Below, in pieces: positions 12,678 to 24,347 of a DNA stretch of 64,000 nucleotides. The notes below the pieces were generated by a model. That model ran no database searches. It was given only the letters and a program-made list of their open reading frames with translations, and was not told the DNA's origin. Source of the DNA: Phoronis australis (Eukaryota; Animalia; Phoronida). Numbering within the stretch: the stretch's first letter is position 1; each line of letters opens with the position of its first letter. The translations under genes were made by a program, and so were the position numbers. Location: assembly GCA_002633005.1 (NCBI GenBank), contig NMRA01000199.1, positions 189,321 to 253,320 on the forward strand, given 5' to 3'.

Positions 12678-13622
12678 TTGACAATATTCGTGTTAGACTA
12701 CATGTAATATTCTCAGTCCAGGCTCAATGTAAATCGATGGTCACCCGGCATATTGCGAACCTATAGACTGTCTTAGTGTGCTGGGTTTCTGTTCCACAGC
12801 GACCGCAATAACTATAATCGTATAAGACAACATGACCAACTACAGAGGGTATTGTTGTCGACACAGATAACACATAAATTGAGAGATGCTACCAAGTCGG
12901 TGAGCAGCGATGGTTCTCCTTAGTGCACATTATTGTTAATACGATATGTGGTCCACTCAGTCACACAATTTCAACTACGAATGACGCGATCACTCTGCCA
13001 GTACTGACGTACATCCACAGTGATTAGCCATTGAGATCCTCAATCCTGTGGCACAGATCTCACACCATCGCATCATGCCAGAATTTGAACAACTGGTCCT
13101 ACCAGTCCGAGTTTCATGGGTCCAAGTTCATGATCTACAGTTGATCGTCAGATAGACTGGTGGCCCACTATTGATATCCTGATCTCCAATAGTTGCGGGA
13201 TGTCATGAGTGTCCGACAGACCAGACGAATTATTGAACTTAAGTTAACCTAATCCTCAGTTTACTGTATCCGGCCAACGCATAACAGAGACCCTGTCATT
13301 TAGCTACATGACGAAACGTGTTGGCAATAAGAAAATGTAGACAATATTCGCTGGCGGTAGAACAATTCAAGTTATAAGGGCTCCAAACGTTCTTTAAAAT
13401 CCCTATAACCTCGATCCAGCACTGCAGTATGATGTCTTGATATGAGCACACGCAGTGCGTTGTGCTTGAAAGAACGTTATCAGAGACATGGTATTCGATT
13501 TTCCTTGGTTTCGAGTTATCTGACGAATTTTCTGGAACAAAGGGATCGAATTCTAATAAGAAGCAGAGAAAGACTTCTATTTCAACATAATGATGTGGGC
13601 TACAACTAAATCCATTTTTGTA

Positions 13623-14260
13623 CTAACCCTTTTCTAAAACTCCACAAAAACTCACGCAGCCACTGCTCAAACGGTAAAAAGAACCGCGCCTGCACGGGTA
13701 GCAGAAAGCGATGCGTGCGCATCCCAGAGCACAAATTTGTAGGAGACGAGTCTTCCAATCCAGGTGTCTGTACCATAGGCGGAATACATTCGCGAGTACT
13801 GAAGATAACGCAAGTCCGATATCGCCTTCCATATTACAAGCAAAGCCCGTGGTTCTTGCGTCTAAGCAACTCAAATCAAAATCCATCACAAAGTCATGCA
13901 GGCAAACGTCTGCTCTGTAAAGTGGTAAATAAATTTGCATAGATGCAACCTTTACTCATATCTACAAGTATGATAACTGAATTTCTGGCTCATTGAAATA
14001 TTAAAATGAAGTGATCACTACAGATCACACGTACTCTGCATCTGCTGGCGGTGCTTCTCGGGATGACTGCTATCCCACAATTCTTTGCGCATGTGACGTG
14101 CTCGCTATCCGCAAACAGGTCAATTGAACGAGTGTACAGCATCAAAGTTAAAGCTGGCGTAATTTGATGATAGACGCGCGCAATAACGTACATATCGGTG
14201 TCAATGTTCATGACTTGATCTAATGCGGAAGATGTCCATTCGTTGGCTAACCTGTCGACA
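13623..14260 (-). pseudogene. Decayed coding relic resembling a herpes-tegument-type (peptidase C76-like) deubiquitinase domain, probably TE- or virus-derived
   Basis: NEWTSSALDQVMNIDTDMY resembles the W....LD.IL..GD.LY motif. Downstream GLALSSVLANVF...LLQIC...IAF...GSFY resembles L..AL...F...LL.I...AI...FY. Catalytic Cys and DSH motifs not seen. Confidence 0.25.
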
Positions 14261-16264
14261 TCAAAGTCAACGTGATTAAGTCTAGATGTCAATTGAAATG
14301 TACACGTGAAATGAACATTACACGACTTCTATTGAAACTACAGAAAATAATAGAACGTGATAGAAAACGGAAGTCACGACTATTATTGAGAAAACTGGTC
14401 CATTTCTATTACCCGGCTTAGACGAGACACATCAAAGGATTCAAAACACGAACGTACATATTTCATAGTGTTAAAAGTGTTACGATTTACGCAAAATGAT
14501 GATAAGTTAAAAGCGATTTTTATGAACAGGAAAGAAACGCTATGACAGTGTTCTTTGTTTAACTCAAAAAGGATGTTTAGAAAATACATGAGATTAAACT
14601 TTGACATTGATAACGAGAGATAAAAAGTGCGACAACTTTAGATTGATTATCAGAAATTGTGAAACACCGATTTTTGCAGGCGAAGTTTCAAGAATAAACT
14701 GTACTATTATTCAGATAGCCAAATGCGAGAGTCGCGCAAATTGGCGGATACAAACAGAACAAGCCACCGTCAGTCGACCACGACTCGAAATCTTAATTAT
14801 TGATTCCAAAACAAATAATTCGAAGCGAAATAATTCTTGGTTTCGTTCTGCTCATTATTACTAGAGCAAACAAAATCCAAGTCTTTAACTTTTGTGTAAA
14901 TTTTCAGAACTGATACGTCAATTGTTTTATAAAATAAATGACTCCTTTAATGGGGTCTTCTTCAAGAGCGGCGTGCTTGACGAGTATAAGTAGTCAATTT
15001 GTTTGTGGCGTTTTAAGTAATAAAGGTGATTTCATGATCAACTAATTAGGTCGAAACCACTTAACTTCGTACAATAAACGTCAGATGAGATACATTGCTG
15101 CATATTAAGAAAAACAACAGTCACTCAGTTTTATTTCAACAGCTAATCAATGCAATACTTCAACTCAATAGTAGGCGGCTTTGTGCCCCTATAGCCGTGA
15201 GCAAATCGCTCTCAGCCGGGGAGAGTGGACGTCCGCTCTTATAAACTTATAAAAAGGCACAGAACACGGGTAGTTGATAGTGAGAATGAGGCATTTAACG
15301 GCTTTTGCACCAGGTTTTCCGGAACGTAATGGGTTTGTTTGTGCCGAGTAGATTGGCCGTTAAGGACACGTGTAGCGTTTGTCTCGGCTTTTTAACCTAT
15401 TATTATTCTAAGAACACAAACATTTAAAGCGAGGCTGTGCTCGCTTTGGAATCCCGAAATGCTGAAATTTTATCAAAAAGTTTGTGACAATTTCGAAATT
15501 GTTAATGTTAATACACACAAACCTAACGCTGCCTTATGCACGTGCAGGCTACAGACGCAGAACACTAGCAATGTTAACTCGACACGTTTAGAACTTGAAT
15601 CATTTTCCGACATTGATGCATGGTATGAGATCTGCAAAGAATGCTCTTTAATAATATTTCAAGCGACCGAATGTTTTACCTGTACCAAATATAAACAGGA
15701 TGCAAATAAACATGTAGTTTGTATCGAACATCAAAAGACAGCTGACCGAGCAGAGGATCGCCTACTTTACCCTTAGTCCTAGAGGCTGGCCAACTCCGGG
15801 ATCAGTCGACTCACGTACGTGTACCACCGTGCACCGGAGTGCGAACGCATTGGGTTTTTTTGCTATCCGCTAAATGGTCATTAAAATACGTGTCCCGGTT
15901 AACTTAAGTTTCCAGTCTGGGATATGCATTTCATCTTGAATAAACTGTTCAACAACGGTGTTACAAGAATTCAACCTTCATAAATGCATAAACAAGTTTA
16001 AAAATTGAGTCGACGTTTTTGTGCGTTTTCTGCTAAAAATGATATTATTCTGTGCCATTGAATGAAATACAGTAATGACAAACCCAGAAATCGCGAAGCA
16101 TTATATGTGGGTTGTAGACAATTCGTAAATGAAACTAATATACATAGAGGTATAAGTCACATTTACGTGGTATCTAGTATAAGTATTCCAATATTTAGAT
16201 ATGCTATTACGAATATATAAAAACAAAAACACGTACAGATTCATGTCTGGAAACCAGAAGCAAC

Positions 16265-16613
16265 AATATTTATAAACGGCACATAAGAATTTGCTAACGT
16301 TGCTTAGGAGGGATTCATTGAGAACGAGGTCAAGGTTAGGACTACCATTCAATAATAATGTAACTTTAGTAGGGATATTATTACAGGAATTGAGAGCTTT
16401 AACAATTGATTGGTTTTCATTGAGTGCACGAAAGAGTGAGTCTCTCAGGTATTCGATGAGGGGACATTTGAAGAAAATATGAGGATAAGATTGATGGTCA
16501 CCACATTTACAGTTTGGAGAGACATTACTAAAGTTATGCCTAAACTTGTCAGAGTTGAGGAAAAGACCACATCTTGATCTGTACAATGCTATTTCGTTAT
16601 CGCGGGGATTCAA
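16265..16613 (-). mobile_element. 5'-truncated LINE fragment: C-terminal zinc-knuckle region of ORF2 (L2/Crack/Daphne-like)
   Basis: LYRSRCGLFLNSDKFRHNFSNVSPNCKCGDHQSYPHIFFKCP...R..L...LLLNGSPNL...NESLLSNVSKFL matches the R.R.G...LN...SP.C.CG......H.F..CP...LL.G...N...V..F pattern at the end of non-LTR RT proteins. Confidence 0.8.
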
Positions 16614-17601
16614 AGTTCATGTGATAGATTGTTGTGTACCCTTCTAGTTCACTCTATTTCTTTTATTCAAGTACAAAGATAAATATTTAATGCAGAATTT
16701 TTGAGCTGATCAGTAACTGTGAACTGCACATTTTATTCTGACCAATGAGTGACCACCAACTCTTTTTCGTAGAGATTTTTGTCGTCATCAAATCATTTTG
16801 AAGCACGTACAGACATTAGGCAGCATCGCCCAGAAGGGACCGTAAATAAATTATTGAACTTGGTCAACGTTCTTGGTTAACCCAATACAGAAGTAAATGT
16901 GATTAGCATTATGCTTCTAATATCAACAATAATCCTTTTTTGAGAAATTAAGGACCAAATTTTGTAACTAATATGCCATTTCTTCAAAAATTCGAGTCGT
17001 TCGTTCTTCCGTTTCTACTTTGGCACACAATAGTTTAGATGTGTGCACCTGCATTGTACATGAAAATTAAGTCGAAATGAACATCCGTCGACTTGAGTTC
17101 ATATCTTAGAACAAAATAGGATTTTTTAATTTGACGCACGCCTGCTTGTTTGTTACGAAAATTCCCTATTCGAGCGTTATTCTTGCAACCACCACCGCGG
17201 AGATTCACATGTCCAATCGACATTAATTATGCTATAAGGCGTCGTAGACACGTGGCATTGCACGTTTCATGGGAGTACGCACGTGTGTCTAACTTTTCAA
17301 CGTTTTAAATTCGCGACCATTCAAATTTGTTCTAATTTTCATAAGATTTGTTTTTTAAAACTTCGATACTGACAGCCAAAGCATTCCCCCCTTAGTTGAA
17401 ATTATAACGAACCTGGCGTGCAGAAAATTTGTTTTAAATATCCACCAAACTAGCAATAACCTGTGTGCTTGTAAGTAGATGTTGTGTGGGTCAGAGGTGT
17501 CAGTGCAAATTCTTGTTTGCAGACAGGTTTGAACTTCAACAGAACGCGATATTTCTTACGATGCTAGCTGAGTGTTGCAAATTGGTCGGCAGTTCGTACA
17601 A

Positions 17602-18166
17602 GTACAGAACGCACATTGTTTTTCTTACGTATATATATATACATATATATATATATATACACATATATATATATATTTTTTTTTATAAATGTATACAATA
17701 TAAATGAACTCATGGTGAAAATAAGTCTACTAGGCCTGCTTGAGATTCAATTATTTTTCAGAAACAGTTGTGGAGCCCAAAACCAAATTTCTTATTTAAG
17801 TCTTAAGCCACTTGTCAAGAAACGAACTCCAGGTACTTTACCCGATATGGAAAGTTTCTGAACATTGGTGACACCAAAATATANGTACAGAACGCACATT
17901 GTTTTTCTTACGTATATATATATACATATATATATATATATACACATATATATATATATTTTTTTTTATAAATGTATACAATATAAATGAACTCATGGTG
18001 AAAATAAGTCTACTAGGCCTGCTTGAGATTCAATTATTTTTCAGAAACAGTTGTGGAACCCAAAACCAAATTTCTTATTTAAGTCTTAAGCCACTTGTCA
18101 AGAAACGAACTCCAGGTACTTTACCCGATATGGAAAGTTTCTGAACATTGGTGACACCAAAATATA
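17602..18166. repeat. 282-bp tandem duplication separated by a single N (likely assembly haplotype overlap)
   Basis: 17602-17883 equals 17885-18166 except one SNP (G17775/A18058). N at 17884. Confidence 0.9.
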
Positions 18167-19739
18167 GAACATCGTATGTTTAGACTAAACAATCACCAAC
18201 GTTGCTGTACGAAATGATATCATACACATTTTGTTTATATCCGGACTTAAGAATTGAAGACAGAAATTTGGTCTTACGCTACCACTCTATAATTGCTGAG
18301 TAAATGTTTAGCCAACTGAATGAGCACATTACAGACTAGAAGTAATTTACAGAAATTGTCTCGGTAACAAGCAATTATTTGTGTATTATCAAAATAATTA
18401 AGTGATGATTACTTATTTTTTAAAAATTGTTGTGTGGGGCGTAAGACCGAATTTCTGACTTCAGATTTAAGTCACTCTTTAAGCATAGCCCGGATATTGT
18501 TACAGTGTTTTATATCTGCGCATGTGCGAACTTCAATCGTAACAGGAAAGGCATTCGACCAAAAGACGATTAAAATCACGACTTCAATCTCTCAGTCTGC
18601 CTCATAATGTACTGTTAACTCTTGTTTAGTGGCAATAAGCCCGCTTTATATGACAAAAATTAACGCTGGGTTTAAAGGCCTTAGTGTTATGGAAGTGGTC
18701 TAAAATTGCCCTTCAAAATTGGAGTGTATGTCCGTCTTCGTAACTGAATTTGACCGTCGGGCATTGCTTGAGACTAGATTTTACAAATTGAGTTGTCACG
18801 ACTAGTCAGTTTATGTCCCTTGGGGTGATCTCGACAAAGAGTAGTAGCGAACTGTCAGTTCTTTGCAAGCCGGCCGTTATCACTTCTCATCTCAGTATAT
18901 GACAGGGATATCCCGTGGCAGTCGACGACATTCTCCATTTTGTGAGCCACATGATTTGCTGTTATGCATAGAGTCCGCACATGCGCAGAAATGAAGCACC
19001 TGCGAGGGATGAGTTGAGGCTACAAAAATATCCAAGGTGTTTCGAAAGTTACGTATGCAGCATGTACGTATCATAGGAAAATTGACGAAAATAGCAGCAA
19101 GTCGCCACAGTGTAGACGTATCTTGAGACTGATCATGAAAACCCATTAGCGATAAAACATTTCAAATTCTAAATAATTAGAAAATTTGTGTATTGAAATT
19201 ACCTAGAAACGCTGTTTCTCTGCGTTAACGGAAATCTCTACGAGATAAAGTGGGTGAAATAAAAACAAATCAGTTGTAACTGTCTTTAAGTAAAGGAGTG
19301 TTGATCCAAACCTGTCAATCGAGTCTTAATGCTAGATTAAAACGACTGTCTGGCATGCATATGGCATTTAACGTTTCAATGAATAATGCCACTTGCTAAC
19401 TCAACAAGATTGGGCAAGGTGTTGATACAGATTTACTGAACAGTACCAACAAAAAGGCAGCTTGGCAATCTGTCATGTTATGCGAGCTTTGATTCCGAAA
19501 CTTAAAATTATTTCCACGAACTCCAATTTTAAGCCAGATCGTCTGCTTGTACATGCTGCCTTATTCCAACGTTTGATCTTTCAAGAACCAACATCTGTGG
19601 CAGGGTTTGTAGTGTAAAATCTCGTAAATTTATGAATAAAATGACAAGAAAATTTTATAATTTTCTTTTTATATAAACGAAATTAGTGCCGAACTCAGGG
19701 CTTAAGGCCGAATATAAAGTTGAAAAAAAATATAGAAAG

Positions 19740-20164
19740 CAGGGGCGAGAAATGTGATGGGCGGACATTTAAATCGGACGAACAAACCCAAAATGCAAAG
19801 GACGGACGAAAAATGGGAAGGCCAGATGACGTTTTCATTTTGCTACCTCAAATGACGCACTGAATAGCGTAAAAAAATATTCACTTTGTCGTTATAGTTC
19901 TAAATTTTACTTGTTCAAAATAGTTCCAGTTCCTGAAAATGTATGATTCGATCCTCATTCGACAAGTCGCTGTGGTATTTCTAAAAATGTCTAATTCAAA
20001 AGCTGCTATTCACTGCAAATTTTAAAGACGTGTTACGTTATCAAGCAACGGCAGCACCGGCTTCCAGGAGTCGGCCTTCCTTTTACATTTCTCGTCTGTC
20101 CTCGTCATTTCTCGTCTTTCCCACTGAAACGTCCGTCCTTCCCATCACATTCGATGACATGCCT
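19740..20164. mobile_element. Degenerate MITE with long imperfect TIRs
   Basis: Left AATGTGATGGG..CGGAC...GGACGGACGAAAAATG..GGAAGGCC is mirrored by GGCCTTCC..CATTTCTCGTCTGTCC...GTCCG..CCCATCACATT on the right. Starts CAGGGG. No TSD recognised. Confidence 0.55.
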
Positions 20165-22923
20165 TTAAATCATTAATTGACCACTTTAAGATGCAGAGCT
20201 ACACTCAAATAACAAGAATTGGTGGCATACAGGACAGTGTTAGCGGTTTTGAAAACTCAGTTTGCCAATCATTTCTCCGGCAGAAGTTGGTGAGACTGCT
20301 ACTACTGTATACAATAGGCCATCTGGTAAATTTGTGTTTTTGGTCATTCATCGGTCAGCGAAAGGTTTGAAATTTCTAACTTTTTATTAACACACAAAAA
20401 AACGCTCTCCCTCACTATTTTATTTCTTTTTTTCTCTTTTAAAAGCTACACAAACGTACAGAAGCTACTTTTTGTGAGCTAATTGTCTTGGCGAACAAGC
20501 GACAATCACCTCGTTCCTCGCTTGAAACGATTAAAAACGGGTTGCAATAGGCAACTCGTGAGCGGTTTTTCCTCGCTACTACCCCCCGCCGCTCCGGCGA
20601 CATAGTTATAGTCAGTTAAAGCGCCACTGCTCAAGTGAAGTTGTAGTACGAAGTACAGAAAAGGACTACTGTCTGTTACATCAGGCACCAGGTGGCGCAA
20701 GGCTAAAATGCAGCCAAAAAAGACAAGTCCTGTCCCATTTCGACTGGCATCGGGTGACCTTTTCCAAAACTGCATTATGAATTTTCAAAAAATCCAAACA
20801 CCGGAACCAATTATCTGTTTTGGCCTTAGTAGATTGCTTTTATTTTGTTACATTGTACGTTAAATATAAAGACTCTTAAAAGTGCACGTTTATAGAAAAA
20901 CAAACGATTGTTTTGTGGCCTTGCTGTAATTCCTAATTAGGGCCCGGGGTTTCGTCTCTGTATTCGAGTTGACCAACAGCATGTCGAGCTTTGCGTAAAT
21001 CATACAAACGTGCATTCGAGTCTTGCAGCGTGATTGGCTAGTATCGAGTCTGAATCTGGGCCGAGTGAGAGTTTGGAGATCAGATCGTTGGCCGGGAATG
21101 TACGCATGCAGTGGACTTTTCACTTGAGGTAAATTTTGATGTAAATATTTGTGCCTAATGAAATGATTCTTGTGTCTGTTATATGGGAGACAGAACTTTA
21201 GTCTTCGACTTCAATTTCACACTTACTAAAAAGGTTTATCCATGTAATTGAGCGCCTACTAGTTTAAAAATGCTTTATAGAAATTAGCGCGGTAGCTTGC
21301 AGTTATGTATATATTTTCAGAGACTTTGGACTTTTGCACAAGTGATATTAAATTACAGAAATTACTGTTTGGATAGTAAGACCGAATTTCTATGTTTTAA
21401 GTATAAGGATGCTTTTGATGTGACAGACTCCACTGTATGTCAAGTGTGTGAATTTCAAATGTATGTGTTACGAACCGTGCAAAATGTCGCAATAAATTGT
21501 GAAAAAAAACTTTAGTTTATACAAATAAATACATGTATTTAAAACAAAACAGAATAAAACATCAAATATTGATGTGTGTTGACTAGCTTCGAGAAAAACA
21601 CAGATAAAAGACTCAAAATTAAACAGGTCCTTTAGCAAACATAAACTCGCATTTCACTGCAGGGATTGTGAAATGTGTGGAACCTATTTGGGGAATAGAT
21701 ACAGAAGGCTTCAGAGTTTAATTATTTGGATATTAAATCTACTCCCAAAGGTGTTTTTACGTACAGTAAGCGCAGAAAACTGTGTCTGACAACACGACAA
21801 AGGGTATTTTTTACTAAAAACACATGACTAAATGTATCGATACTTCTGTGCAAACGTGCTTAAAATGTTTGACACAAGCTCGTACGCAATGAATTTTATA
21901 ATTTTAATTGCAACTTGGTCAGCATTTCTGAAACGTTTCTGAATTAATGAGATAAAAGTTCGGCAGAGTAAATATAAATTGTTAAATACTGGTAAAGGAT
22001 TACTGACATGCCAATCCACAGATATGTTAGCGTGTGCTATAGTGTGCCATATAAAATGGCTGAACAAAACATGTGTCGCTGAGCTCTAAATGTCAAACGA
22101 ATGTTATTTGCGCATGTTCTGGGGGTTGTCTGGGTACAGTGTACCACAAGGCGTGGGTGATGCTGCCACATGTATACGTGAGTTTCAACAACGATTACTG
22201 CGATCTTGGCATCCAGGATCGGAAAAAACGATGTATTTTCGTAATCATTAGATATTTATAAAACTGTTGAAAATAACTGTGTCACTGAAAAATACATAAA
22301 TGCTTAGAAAACAGTTTTCACAGAGTAGCCCTCGCAGGATTTAGATGTTCGGCGCATTCTCAATTTATAGTTAAGGGAAGGAGGGCTAAGAGCAAAGGCT
22401 ATACGGCCCTGGTGTATTATGATGGACAGGTGGAATCAGGTATTTAAAATACTCTTGCAGATTCATGATTCAAACATATTGATAAAAATCGCTCAATATT
22501 TGATGAATACTGAAAAACGTCGAAATGAGCACTTTATTATCGGTTAATTTTGGGTTTGGATATTCTATTCTCTCTACGTATTATACATTTGTAAGGTGGG
22601 CCGCATGGCAATGTCAGATTTGCGGTGAATTATTTTAATTTACGGGCAAATAATACCTTGAACTAAACTACAACAAAACCTGTCACAAAAACAAAGACAA
22701 AATATGGCACACGTTAATGGCAGACCTCTTGTAAGTTATCTACATCTTGATATATTATCATGACGTCACAACACTTTATTTCATCCAATAATCTTCGTGA
22801 TTATTGGCGGCGGTTCCCGATACAAGCAAACTCTCTAATACTAAAGGTAAAAAAATTGGTACCTGTATTCCGGCGTTGTTTGGCAGAACCATGCCTTTCG
22901 ACAAAATAATGTTTTCGGCATGT

Positions 22924-22929
22924 TTTATT
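22924..22929 (-). other. Candidate NK2.2 polyadenylation signal (alternatives at 22775-22780 and 22533-22538)
   Basis: AATAAA on the minus strand ~670 nt after the stop codon. Confidence 0.35.
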
Positions 22930-23601
22930 ATAAAGTTATGCTAACTTAACTATTCGTGAGATTTTAAGCTTAAGATGCATAAAGTAGGGTATGCACTGGT
23001 GACATTTTCACAACATTTCTCCAACATTTTTCCAACTACTCTACAACATGTCCAATGTACACTGAGATAACAACACGACATCTTGACAACATGTTGGAAA
23101 TTTGCTGGAGAAAATGATCGAGACATTTTTGGAGGGAAAATATGTACTCTGGGAAAAATTCTACAACATGGTGTTCCAACGAGGTCTCTGGTAAATTGGC
23201 ACTAATGTACAAGACATTAAAAGAATTCGTTAAAGCAACGCGTAATTGCTCCAATTTTCACGTCTTAAAATTTATGACCAACTGTCATTTGGTTGACCAC
23301 CGACCAGGGCATCAACAGCTATTAAATACCATCTGTGTAAAAAGTCGAAAATATCGACGCCAAGGTAAGAAACTTATGCACGAGTCAGGTGCGCACGCGA
23401 ACCTTTCCTTTCCTCTCAAAAAATGTTAACGACAGTAACGTGATCTCGCGAGACCTCTCCCAAGTCGTTGGTCATACGGTAGCTTTGGCAACGCGCTCCA
23501 ACACAAACTCAGTGGTAACAATAACGATCACGCGTGATTCAACTCCACCTGGGTTCGGTTGGTTCGTGTCAATTTGAAGCACTTTGATGTTCACCTCACC
23601 A

Positions 23602-24347
23602 TCACCACCACGACGGTGTTCTTGATTGCATAAGTGGGTGACTATATGAGGGCAGGGGTACATTCATAGTGTTCATTCCCATACCCACAGATGTTAGAGA
23701 TCCCATGTTATTGTTCATGTTATAGGCACTCATGTTCATTGTATTAGGCATACTGCAGGAGGCCATGTTGTATGACGCCATGTGAGAGTTCATATGTGTT
23801 AACCCTGATGGATGGGATAGCCCTGGAGCAGACATGGCTAACTCTTGTTGCTTCATCATCCCCATATTCGGGGGTTGACACGGCTTTCCGTCCCGCACCA
23901 ACACGGGCACTGCGACACGCCTAGGAGACGGCAATGGGTTCATGTCAAGACCTTTTTCCTGTCGCGCCCTTTTCATTTTGTAGCGGTGGTTTTGAAACCA
24001 TATTTTCACTTGCACTGGTGTTAGACGAATGATACTCGCTAAATGCTCCCTTTCAGGAGCAGACAGATATCTCTGCTGGCGAAATCGCCTTTCTAGCTCG
24101 TAAGTTTGGGCTTTAGAAAATAAAACGCGGCGTTTTCGCTTTTTAGGTTGGTCGCCATTTTGATTGCCTGATTCTTGTTCGTCGTTTTGATTATCCTTTT
24201 CATCCTCCTCTTCTTCCTCGTCCTGTTCAAGATTATGTGAGATGTCACCAGGGGCGCTGCTGGTGTTAGAATGTTGACAAGGAGAGTACACATTTTGATC
24301 TGGCGAGCCTCCGTTCGATAAAGCTGTGCTGGCTAACATGGGAAGAT
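23602..24347 (-). CDS. NKX2-2: NK2.2 homeobox gene, exon 2 (homeodomain, NK2-specific domain, C-terminus)
   Basis: Homeodomain [60 protein letters not shown] (Tyr54; SKAQTY and NHRY diagnostic for NK2.2/vnd). NK2-[20 protein letters not shown] and terminal WW. Acceptor TTTATTTACAG| at 24348 is phase 1 and joins exon 1 in frame (..GMP-N-LPMLAST..). Confidence 0.97.

Noticed and set aside
17602-18166. Apparent duplicated 81-aa ORF pair
   Set aside because: Copies abut a single N and differ by one SNP, typical of unmerged allelic contig ends. The ORFs run through a (TA)n repeat.
23036-24293. Short overlapping or antisense ORFs around NK2.2 exon 2 and within the phosphatase exon (46012-46306)
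   Set aside because: Shadow frames of real coding sequence or UTR, with no motifs.
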